DNA of 64,000 nucleotides from Lachnospiraceae bacterium. GTDB lineage: Bacteria > Bacillota > Clostridia > Lachnospirales > Lachnospiraceae. This document shows, in pieces, positions 8,390 to 15,837 of this stretch (position 1 is its first letter; each line of letters opens with the position of its first letter). A model generated the notes under the pieces. The model was not told the DNA's origin. It did no database searches and saw nothing but the letters and a program-made list of their open reading frames with translations. The stretch covers positions 318,837 through 382,836 of the forward strand of contig SVEQ01000001.1 in assembly GCA_015057325.1 (NCBI GenBank), given 5' to 3'. Position numbers and translations under genes: made by a program.

Positions 8390-9925
8390 ATGAGAACAAC
8401 GGTTTTGTCATATTTAGAAGATAGTGCGGTAAAATATTCTGATAAGGTAGCTTTTTTTGATAACGATAATAATATAACATTTTCTGAGTTGAGAAATGTA
8501 GCTACTCATCTTGGCTTTTTTATTAAAAGTCAACTTTTAGGAAAAAGAAATCCTGTTCTTGTGTATCTACCTAAAGATATTACCAGTATTATTGCCTTTA
8601 TGGGAATATTATATAGTGGGAATTTTTATACACCGACGGATATAAGATTTCCTGCTGAAAAGGTGATAAGTGTTATGAAAGCACTAAAACCTAAGGCTGT
8701 AGTTGTTAACAATAAAACAAAAGAAAAATTTTTGAAATTTGTAAACGAATGGGATGTTAAATTAATAAACATAGATGAAATAGAATTGAACAAGGATTTA
8801 TATGTTGATTCTAAGCCTTTAATTGACAACATATTAGATGTTGACCCGGTATATGTATTCTTTACATCAGGTTCTACAGGTGTTCCAAAAGGTGTTATTA
8901 TCAATAATCATAATGTGATAGATTATACTGATTGGGCAGTAGAACATCTTCCGATTAGTGAAAAAAGCATTATGGGAAGTCAGTCTCCGTTTTATTTTGA
9001 TATTTCAACACAGGACATTTATTCTACATTGAAGACAGGTGCAACACTTGGAATCATTCCGCCACAATATTTTGCGTTCCCGGCGAAAGTGCTTCAATTT
9101 ATAAAAGAGAGACATATTAATTTTCTATATTGGGTTCCATCTGCGTTTGTTAATATAGCTAATTTTGACTTGTTAAAATCAATTAGGTTGGATGAAGTAG
9201 AACTCATTATGTTTGGTGGAGAAGTGATGCCTGTCAAACAATTGAATTATTGGAAAAAATATCTACCCAATTTGAAAACAATTGCTAATGTTTATGGCCC
9301 TACTGAAGCAACGGTAAATTGTACATATTATATAGTGAATAGAGAGTTTTCTGATTCAGATACGTTACCGTTAGGAAAAGCGTGTGAAAATACAGGTCTT
9401 CTTGTGCTTGATGAAGATGGAATAGAAGTGCATAAATCAGACGTTGGTAAACAGGGAGAATTGTGTGTATATGGAAGCTCGTTATCAGCAGGTTATTGGA
9501 ATGATGAGGAAAAAACAAATGAAAAATATATAAATAATCCATTGAGTAAATATTATAAAGAGAAAATGTATCTTACTGGTGATATTGTTTGCTATAATGA
9601 TTTAGGAGAACTTGTTTTTGTCGGAAGAAAAGATTTTCAGATAAAGCATTCAGGATATCGGATAGAATTAGGTGAGATAGAGGCTGCTGCAATTGGTAAT
9701 GAAAAAATATCTAATGTTTGTTCGTCATATGATTCAAAAAATAAGAAGATTGTTCTTTTTTATCAAGGTGACATAGATGATAATGAGTTAAAGGATTATC
9801 TTTTGGAAATAATCCCTAAATATATGGTTCCAACAGTTTATTATAAGCTTGATAGATTTCCGTATAATGATAACGGAAAGATTGATAGAAAGAAATTGAA
9901 TGAGGAGTATATACAAAATAAATAG
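8390..9925 (+). CDS. DltA-like amino-acid adenylating enzyme (carrier-protein ligase, ANL superfamily)
   Basis: FTSGSTGVPKGV (A3), SPFYFDISTQD (A4 with the Asp that binds a substrate alpha-amino group), NVYGPTEATV (A5), YLTGD (A7), GRKDFQIKHSGYRIELGEIE (A8), NGKIDRKK (A10). About 510 aa like DltA. Confidence 0.8.
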   Translation: MRTTVLSYLEDSAVKYSDKVAFFDNDNNITFSELRNVATHLGFFIKSQLLGKRNPVLVYLPKDITSIIAFMGILYSGNFYTPTDIRFPAEKVISVMKALKPKAVVVNNKTKEKFLKFVNEWDVKLINIDEIELNKDLYVDSKPLIDNILDVDPVYVFFTSGSTGVPKGVIINNHNVIDYTDWAVEHLPISEKSIMGSQSPFYFDISTQDIYSTLKTGATLGIIPPQYFAFPAKVLQFIKERHINFLYWVPSAFVNIANFDLLKSIRLDEVELIMFGGEVMPVKQLNYWKKYLPNLKTIANVYGPTEATVNCTYYIVNREFSDSDTLPLGKACENTGLLVLDEDGIEVHKSDVGKQGELCVYGSSLSAGYWNDEEKTNEKYINNPLSKYYKEKMYLTGDIVCYNDLGELVFVGRKDFQIKHSGYRIELGEIEAAAIGNEKISNVCSSYDSKNKKIVLFYQGDIDDNELKDYLLEIIPKYMVPTVYYKLDRFPYNDNGKIDRKKLNEEYIQNK

Positions 9926-10204
9926 CTTGTTTTTTTAGTCCTCAGATTTTGTATTCGTTCCCAATAGGATTGTTAGAATATATTAGGGATCGTAGGAATA
10001 ATACCATTTTTGAGTTGTGACGGTGTTGTCGCAAGTGGCAGATTTGTGCTTGCAAGACAAGTGTGAAATAGATTATCTTCTTTCACTTGATAATTGCGTG
10101 AAAAAATCAAATTATAAACATGGGGAATCGTGAAATTATTCATTCGTATCTATTGAATAAAGAGGAACACTATTTCTTTGATATAAGTGAGTCAAATACG
10201 TTTA

Positions 10205-10660
10205 TTAAATAGTTTTGATATATTTAATCCATTTTCGCTGCTCGATTTCTTCATATTTTAATACTTCAAACACTCTTCTTGATATATGGTTATCTTTTTT
10301 TACATATGCAACATAAAACTCACCATCTTTACGAAGACATGGATCGTTAAGGAGTTTCTCTTCCATCAGTGAAACAATATTTTGCCCCATATGTCTTCCT
10401 CGAAAAGCTCGGTCAATGCTATATGAAATGACAAGTTCATCATACCAATAGGTAAGACGGATTTGCCCAACGGGTATACCGTCTTCTTCCATAATGAATA
10501 TTTCTATGTCATCACGATCTAGCGCGTTATTATACCAATGAACGTGAGTTTCGTAAGGTATTTCGTCGGAGTTAAAAGAAGCATTTCTTACATCAGGGTC
10601 ATTTCTCCAACGGTATATGATGTCAATATCATTTGTTGTTGCATGTCGTAATAATAACAT
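10205..10660 (-). CDS. pseH: GNAT N-acetyltransferase, PseH-like
   Basis: IIYRWRNDPDVRNASF...THVHWYNNAL...IFIMEEDGIPVGQIRL and RGRHMGQNIV motif. Small (151 aa) and inside the pse island. Confidence 0.55.
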   Translation of the reverse strand: MLLLRHATTNDIDIIYRWRNDPDVRNASFNSDEIPYETHVHWYNNALDRDDIEIFIMEEDGIPVGQIRLTYWYDELVISYSIDRAFRGRHMGQNIVSLMEEKLLNDPCLRKDGEFYVAYVKKDNHISRRVFEVLKYEEIEQRKWIKYIKTI

Positions 10661-10761
10661 TAGAAGATTCCTCCTTTTAAATAATGAAAAGATTGTAAAT
10701 GTATTTAATTCAACGATAAAATGCTTTTATCTGATTTTATAATAATTTTTTTGAAAAAGCT

Positions 10762-10788
10762 ATAAAGTTTTAAAATATTGCTCCGATA
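10762..10788 (+). promoter_or_regulatory. Sigma-28 (SigD/FliA)-type promoter of the flagellin gene
   Basis: TAAA (10762-10765), 15-nt spacer, TCCGATAT (10781-10788). Consensus is TAAA-N15-GCCGATAT. Confidence 0.65.
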
Positions 10789-10848
10789 TAAATAGTGTAA
10801 ATGATAATAGCCCTTGCGATACAGGATGTTGTTAAGAGATGCCTTAGC

Positions 10849-10899
10849 ATAATGTCGCAGGGACAGAAACAAAAAAAGCGACATTATAGTCAAGGAGGA
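10849..10899 (+). promoter_or_regulatory. Flagellin 5'-UTR hairpin presenting AGGGA in its loop, followed by the SD AAGGAGGA (CsrA-type two-site layout)
   Basis: Perfect 10-bp inverted repeat ATAATGTCGC (10849-10858) / GCGACATTAT (10878-10887). The 19-nt loop is agggacagaaacaaaaaaa. SD at 10892-10899, ATG at 10907. Confidence 0.45.
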
Positions 10900-10906
10900 T
10901 AAGATT

Positions 10907-11728
10907 ATGGTAGTACAACACAACATGCAAGCAGTAAATGCAAATAGAATGCTTGGAGGTAACGTTAAGGCGGTATCTAAGAACACAGAAAAACTTTCTT
11001 CAGGATATAAGGTTAATAGAGCAGCAGATGATGCAGCAGGACTTTCTATATCAGAGAAGATGAGAAATCAGATTAGAGGTATCAATCAGGCAGTATCCAA
11101 TTCAGAAGATGGTCAGTATCTTATTCAGACAGCAGAAGGTAATATGAATGAGATTCATTCAATTCTTCAACGTATGGGAGAACTTGCTACAAAGGCAGCT
11201 AATGATGTTAATGCAACAGAAGATCGTATATCTATTCATGACGAGTTAGCACAGTTATCATCTGAAATAGATTCGATTGCAAGAAAGGCACAGTTTAATG
11301 GAACATATTTATTGAATGGTGGAATGTCAGCTGGTAAATATTTACAGGTTGGCGCTAATGCAGGAGAGAATATGGTAATCTCAATCGAGACCATGACAGC
11401 AGCAAAGTTATCTGTTGATGGACCGAATCTCAGCGTTGGTTCTCATTCTGCAGCATCATCAGTAATGACAAGGATAACAGCGGCAGTTAAGAGAGTATCA
11501 GCAGCTCGTTCCAAACTTGGAGCTATTCAGAATCGTCTTGATTATACTATAAACAATTTGGAGAACTATTCTGAAAATCTCACAGCATCTGAATCAAATA
11601 TTCGTGATACAGATATGGCTACTGAGATGGTTGCATATTCTAAGAATCAGATTCTTCAGCAGGCAGCACAGTCAATGCTTTCGCAAGCTAATCAGTCAAC
11701 ACAGGGTGTTATGTCATTACTTCAGTAA
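10907..11728 (+). CDS. fliC: Flagellin (short, 273 aa)
   Basis: N-terminal MVVQHNMQAVNANRML...LSSGYKVNRAADDAAGLSISEKMR and C-terminal LGAIQNRLDYTINNL...AQSMLSQANQSTQGVMSLLQ are canonical D0/D1 segments. Confidence 0.95.
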   Translation: MVVQHNMQAVNANRMLGGNVKAVSKNTEKLSSGYKVNRAADDAAGLSISEKMRNQIRGINQAVSNSEDGQYLIQTAEGNMNEIHSILQRMGELATKAANDVNATEDRISIHDELAQLSSEIDSIARKAQFNGTYLLNGGMSAGKYLQVGANAGENMVISIETMTAAKLSVDGPNLSVGSHSAASSVMTRITAAVKRVSAARSKLGAIQNRLDYTINNLENYSENLTASESNIRDTDMATEMVAYSKNQILQQAAQSMLSQANQSTQGVMSLLQ

Positions 11729-11751
11729 TTTAGATAAAATGCATGTGAAAG

Positions 11752-11786
11752 GGTGGAACGTAAATTATTTACGTTCCACCTTTTTT
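11752..11786. terminator. Rho-independent terminator after flagellin, overlapping the 3' end of the convergent gene
   Basis: GGTGGAACGTAAAT / ATTTACGTTCCACC palindrome followed by TTTTTT. Confidence 0.7.
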
Positions 11787-13072
11787 ACATCAACAAGATA
11801 TTGAAATGTATCAAATTGTTCCCGCTCTGCTACTCCTTCAATTGAAAGAAGTTTATTAAAAAAATCTTCAAATTGACGAGTCGTGTTCAGTTGAAGGATT
11901 CGGCGTAGCATATTAACAATTTGAAAATCTAAACGTTCAAACATACGGATGATTTCGTTCGCTGTAAAGAATCTCATATGCGTGCGATCGAGGATTCCAG
12001 AATCTTGATAGGTGAAATTACCTCTGAGAAGCTCATATATTACGGCGGCATGCATCAAATTTGGAATACTGCATAATATATGTCCATCTGGTTTTAGATA
12101 TGGTTTGAGTTTTTTAAGGACTTCTTCCGGATATCTAAGGTGCTCGATAACATCACCACATATGATATAATCAAAAATTTCGGGTGAGTACTCAAAATCC
12201 ATATTTTCCACATCGCCACATACAATATTTAATGATGGATCGGCTGTTTCTGCCACCTCTTTAACATATTCAACGCCGTGTACTTCTGAATTTGGGAAGT
12301 TGTTCTTGATATATTCAAGTGTTGCACCTGAACCGCATCCAATTTCGAGAATGTTAATGGATGCCAGTTTGTCAGAAGTAATCAATTCTACGAGATCCTT
12401 GCGGATATTGGAATAGTATGAGTTAAGATTATAGGATTTGATGAATTTATCCCGTTCGTCGTAATAATAATCTAGATTCATGAAACCTGCATCATGAATA
12501 CACCAAGGTTGTTTCATGTTTGGTACCACTACCTTATGGCCGGCATTTATAAACTCGAAGCTTTGCGAGACATCATAAAAATCCCACTTGTCGAAAACGT
12601 CATCTCTCCATGGGATATCATATTGTGTTGCCATTAGGAAACCATCGATTGCTTGAACTTCTTGATATTCTCCGTGGACTTCTCCGAGAACCCAATCATC
12701 CATGTGCGAAACATTACAACAGTATAGTCGTCCTATACGTCCACCGTGCCACATGACATAATCATCAGGAAGTGTCGGAGCGCCAACCATACCAATCATA
12801 CCGACGGTCTTATCGTGAAATATGTTTAGTATTTTTGAGATGAAATATTTGTCAATAATCATTGTATCCTGGTGAAGATATACTTTGTATTTTGCATCTG
12901 ATGCGCTCATCCCTTCGTTATAACCTGCTGCCATACCTGTGGCACCCCAAACAGAGAGTGAGTCGATACTGTATCCTTCCGGGATGTGAAGACGATTGAT
13001 ATAATACAACGCCTCAGCTTCGTATTCCTTATTATTGACACACATTATAAAACATATTTTTTTTTCGTTCAC
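11765..13072 (-). CDS. Fusion protein: GT-A-like glycosyltransferase domain plus class I SAM-dependent methyltransferase
   Basis: N-terminal half is paralogous to the C-terminal half of 13717..14811 (YNEGMSASDAKYKVYLHQD, IPWRDDVFDKWDFYD, WCIHDAGF). C-terminal half has ILEIGCGSGATLEYI (SAM motif I) and IICGDVIEHL. GTG start with AGGAGG 7 nt upstream. Confidence 0.65.
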   Translation of the reverse strand: MNEKKICFIMCVNNKEYEAEALYYINRLHIPEGYSIDSLSVWGATGMAAGYNEGMSASDAKYKVYLHQDTMIIDKYFISKILNIFHDKTVGMIGMVGAPTLPDDYVMWHGGRIGRLYCCNVSHMDDWVLGEVHGEYQEVQAIDGFLMATQYDIPWRDDVFDKWDFYDVSQSFEFINAGHKVVVPNMKQPWCIHDAGFMNLDYYYDERDKFIKSYNLNSYYSNIRKDLVELITSDKLASINILEIGCGSGATLEYIKNNFPNSEVHGVEYVKEVAETADPSLNIVCGDVENMDFEYSPEIFDYIICGDVIEHLRYPEEVLKKLKPYLKPDGHILCSIPNLMHAAVIYELLRGNFTYQDSGILDRTHMRFFTANEIIRMFERLDFQIVNMLRRILQLNTTRQFEDFFNKLLSIEGVAEREQFDTFQYLVDVKKVERK

Positions 13073-13094
13073 TATAGTTCCTCCTGCGGTTTAA

Positions 13095-13505
13095 TTATGA
13101 AAAAAGGTTTGCTAAGTCGAGTAGTATTTTTTCTTTATTAACAGAGGATGTTAGTATAACTGTTTTTAAAAACTCTGTTGACAAATCATTATCGGTAATT
13201 GTGTTAATAAGCTGTGATGTGGATTCTTCATTTCTGTCAAATTCAAATTCCCATAACAAGAATTTGATCTTACGGAAAAATAGGATTAATTCTGCTGTGC
13301 TATCACCTAGACTTAAGGATGTTTTGTTTATATGATGGGTTTTCTCATTTCTGTAAGTCAAAATAAACAGACTTAAATAGGCCAATTCATCATAATCGGC
13401 ATTTTGAATCAACTCATCTGAGAATAAAGAATCTATTTCTTCGTAATTTTTTTGATAAAGTAATTGGTCAACATGAGAAACAAAACTTTCTTGATTATTG
13501 TCCAT
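13095..13505 (-). CDS. Hypothetical helical protein. It resembles the N-terminal domain of 13717..14811.
   Basis: 136-aa ORF 22 nt upstream of the GT-methyltransferase gene on the same strand. Weak similarity by eye (DELAYLSLFILTY vs NELSYFYYLCLLN; ELILFFRKIKFLLWEFEF vs DVIDTYLGFRRLIQRMAY). Confidence 0.4.
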   Translation of the reverse strand: MDNNQESFVSHVDQLLYQKNYEEIDSLFSDELIQNADYDELAYLSLFILTYRNEKTHHINKTSLSLGDSTAELILFFRKIKFLLWEFEFDRNEESTSQLINTITDNDLSTEFLKTVILTSSVNKEKILLDLANLFS

Positions 13506-13716
13506 TGCAAAACTCCCTTGGAAAGTAATATAGATAGTATAACAGAATTTGGTAAAAAAGTATATATAGCGTTGCGATGCACGAGACTAAATTAATTTTA
13601 AGATGGAGATTTAAATGTTAATTGACTTTTTTTACTGTCAAATTTAAAATAAAAAAGGGGAGATTATTTAAGATTGATGATGTGGTAATGAATGGTGGAA
13701 AAGGTATGGAGTGGTT

Positions 13717-14811
13717 ATGAATACAGATGAACTGATAAATATAATTAATAAAAATCTCGAAAAAAGATTATATTCTTGCGTCTTTGAACTTGTTTTAAAT
13801 AATGCGGAGATAATTAAGAAATCCAATGAATTAAGTTACTTTTATTATTTGTGTTTGTTGAATAAAGAAGATTATGAAAAGCAAGGGAAGCTTGGAATTA
13901 TACAAAATAGAGAGTCTGTCCAAGATGTTATTGATACCTATTTGGGCTTTAGACGTCTGATTCAGAGGATGGCTTACTGCTCTGAATATGATGGTTCGGA
14001 CTTGCTGGAAATTATGAATGAATTAGGTGTTAATGTCAAAGAATTAATCTGGACGATTAACTCAGCTACATTTAATTCTGCAGAGGCGATAGAGAAAGTT
14101 AAGGGTAACCCGGGTGCTATATCTGTAGGTTTATCGACCTATACACCCAAACATAAATATCAGGATGTGAGGCTTGACTTTATAATTTGTAGCAATGATG
14201 CGCAGGAATTAGATGAAGCACTTTATTATATTAGTAGATTATATATTCCGGAAGGTGTCGAGATAGATGTTCTTTCGATAGAAGATGCCCAATCTATGTG
14301 TGCCGGTTATAACGAAGGAATGAGGGCTTCATCTGCAAAGTATAAAGTATATATGCATCATGATGTAAGGATAATAGAAAGAAATTTCATTCCGATGTTG
14401 ATAGATACCTTTATGGAACATGAAGATGCGGGTATAATCGGTATGATTGGTACAAATGGTTTCCCGAAAGATGGAATTATGTGGAATATTGAACGATTTG
14501 GTTCTGTGTGGGATACACATATACATGAGACTACGGAAATACGTTTATATCCGAGTAAAAATGATGTTGAAGTGATGTTATGTGATGGACTTCTTTTAGC
14601 AACGCAGTACGACGTACCTTGGCGGGATGATATTTTTGACGGTTGGGATTTTTATGACGCATCTCAATGCATGGAGTTTAAACGCAAGGGTTATAAGGTT
14701 ATTGTACCGTATCAGGACAGTAGTTGGTGTATTCATGATTGTGGATTTTTGAATTTCAAACAATATGATCATTATAAAGATTTATTTCTTGCAGAATATA
14801 CCGGTGTATGA
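13717..14811 (+). CDS. Helical N-terminal domain fused to a GT-A-like glycosyltransferase domain (candidate flagellin O-glycosyltransferase)
   Basis: YNEGMRASSAKYKVYMHHD, VPWRDDIFDGWDFYD, WCIHDCGF. Paralog of the N-terminal half of 11765..13072. ATG 13717 has GGAG 6 nt upstream. Confidence 0.6.
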   Translation: MNTDELINIINKNLEKRLYSCVFELVLNNAEIIKKSNELSYFYYLCLLNKEDYEKQGKLGIIQNRESVQDVIDTYLGFRRLIQRMAYCSEYDGSDLLEIMNELGVNVKELIWTINSATFNSAEAIEKVKGNPGAISVGLSTYTPKHKYQDVRLDFIICSNDAQELDEALYYISRLYIPEGVEIDVLSIEDAQSMCAGYNEGMRASSAKYKVYMHHDVRIIERNFIPMLIDTFMEHEDAGIIGMIGTNGFPKDGIMWNIERFGSVWDTHIHETTEIRLYPSKNDVEVMLCDGLLLATQYDVPWRDDIFDGWDFYDASQCMEFKRKGYKVIVPYQDSSWCIHDCGFLNFKQYDHYKDLFLAEYTGV

Positions 14812-14879
14812 GGTAATGTTTCGGTTATGAAGGTCGATATATAATTATATAACAAAATGATAGGGAGATGAGGCGTGAT

Positions 14880-15572
14880 ATGGAGAAAAAAAGTATTGCA
14901 ATAATAACTGCAAGGGGTGGTAGTAAGAGAATACCAAAAAAGAATATTAAGGATTTTTGTGGAAAGCCTATAATTGCATATTCTATAGAGGCAGCACTAC
15001 AATCAAGACTTTTTGATGAAGTGATGGTTTCGACTGACAGTGAGGAGATAGCAGAAGTGGCAAGAAAATGTGGTGCGTCAGTACCATTTATGAGAAGCGA
15101 GAAGACATCAGACGATTTTGCTACAACCAACGACGTCTTGAAAGAAGTGATTTTGGAATATAAGAAAATCGGAAAGGAATACGATATAGTCGTTTGTTTG
15201 TACCCTACGGCGCCGTTTGTTACATCGGATAAATTGGTGGAAGCTATATCTTTGATGGATAAAGAATGTGTTGATAGTGTTACACCGGTGGTAAAATACT
15301 CCTTCCCACCGCAAAGAGCTTTTGTTATAAGAGATGGTTTTGTGCAGTATCAGTTCCCAGAGAACAAAACAAAACGTTCGCAGGATCTTGAAACTATATA
15401 TCATGATTGTGGACAGTTTTATGTTATGAAAACGGAAATAATATTTGGAGAAAAGAGTACTAATAAAACCGCACCAATGATTATATCGGAATTAGAGGTG
15501 CAAGACATTGACAACGAAACAGATTGGAAATTGGCGGAGCTCAAGTATAAATTAATGATGAATAAATATTGA
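14880..15572 (+). CDS. pseF: CMP-pseudaminic acid synthetase (acylneuraminate cytidylyltransferase family)
   Basis: IAIITARGGSKRIPKKNIKDFCGKPIIAYSIEAA...VSTDSEEIAEVA is the CMP-NeuAc-synthetase-family N-terminus. pse context. Confidence 0.8.
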   Translation: MEKKSIAIITARGGSKRIPKKNIKDFCGKPIIAYSIEAALQSRLFDEVMVSTDSEEIAEVARKCGASVPFMRSEKTSDDFATTNDVLKEVILEYKKIGKEYDIVVCLYPTAPFVTSDKLVEAISLMDKECVDSVTPVVKYSFPPQRAFVIRDGFVQYQFPENKTKRSQDLETIYHDCGQFYVMKTEIIFGEKSTNKTAPMIISELEVQDIDNETDWKLAELKYKLMMNKY

Positions 15573-15583
15573 TATGAGTATGA

Positions 15584-15808
15584 AAGAGGTGTATTGATGG
15601 TGATGGAGCTGCTCTTATGCACGTGTGAGCGATGCCGGTAATTGCCAATTACGAGAGTCTTGACCGGGAACTTGAGGCGGCAAAGAATAGAAATGAACTA
15701 TCATTTATCGAGGTTAAATGTGCCATAGGCGCAAGAGATGATTTGGGTCGCCCGACCACCACGGCGCTCGAAAATAAAGAGAACTTTATGAACTTTTTGA
15801 AATCATGA
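15584..15808 (+). pseudogene. Relic of a phosphonopyruvate decarboxylase-type thiamine-diphosphate enzyme (N-terminal ~2/3 deleted, in-frame stop, internal deletion)
   Basis: One frame reads KRCIDGDGAALMHV-stop(TGA 15626)-A-MPVIANYESLDRELEAAKNRNELSFIEVKCAIGARDDLGRPTTTALENKENFMNFLKS-stop. The GDGAALMH ThDP motif and the DLGRPTT...ENK..F tail match my recollection of Ppd/AepY enzymes. Too short to be functional. Confidence 0.5.
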
Positions 15809-15837
15809 ATGATATTATAAATTGTGGAGGGGTACAC

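Noticed and set aside
9926-10204. A 280-nt non-coding stretch with imperfect hairpins (TTGTCGCAAG...CTTGCAAGACAA; GTGAAA...TTTCAC), examined for a gene remnant, sRNA or integration scar.
   Set aside because: I could not recognise a protein fragment in any frame, a direct repeat pair, or a promoter/terminator pair. It is kept only as the approximate compositional junction mentioned in the findings.
10705-10986. A 93-aa minus-strand ORF spanning the flagellin promoter and start.
   Set aside because: It overlaps the sigma-28 promoter, the leader hairpin and the flagellin N-terminus. It has no RBS and an implausible sequence.
15649-15837. A 62-aa minus-strand ORF in the pseF-pseI spacer.
   Set aside because: It is the antisense of the frame that carries the recognisable ThDP-enzyme relic. 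The plus-strand reading explains the region better.
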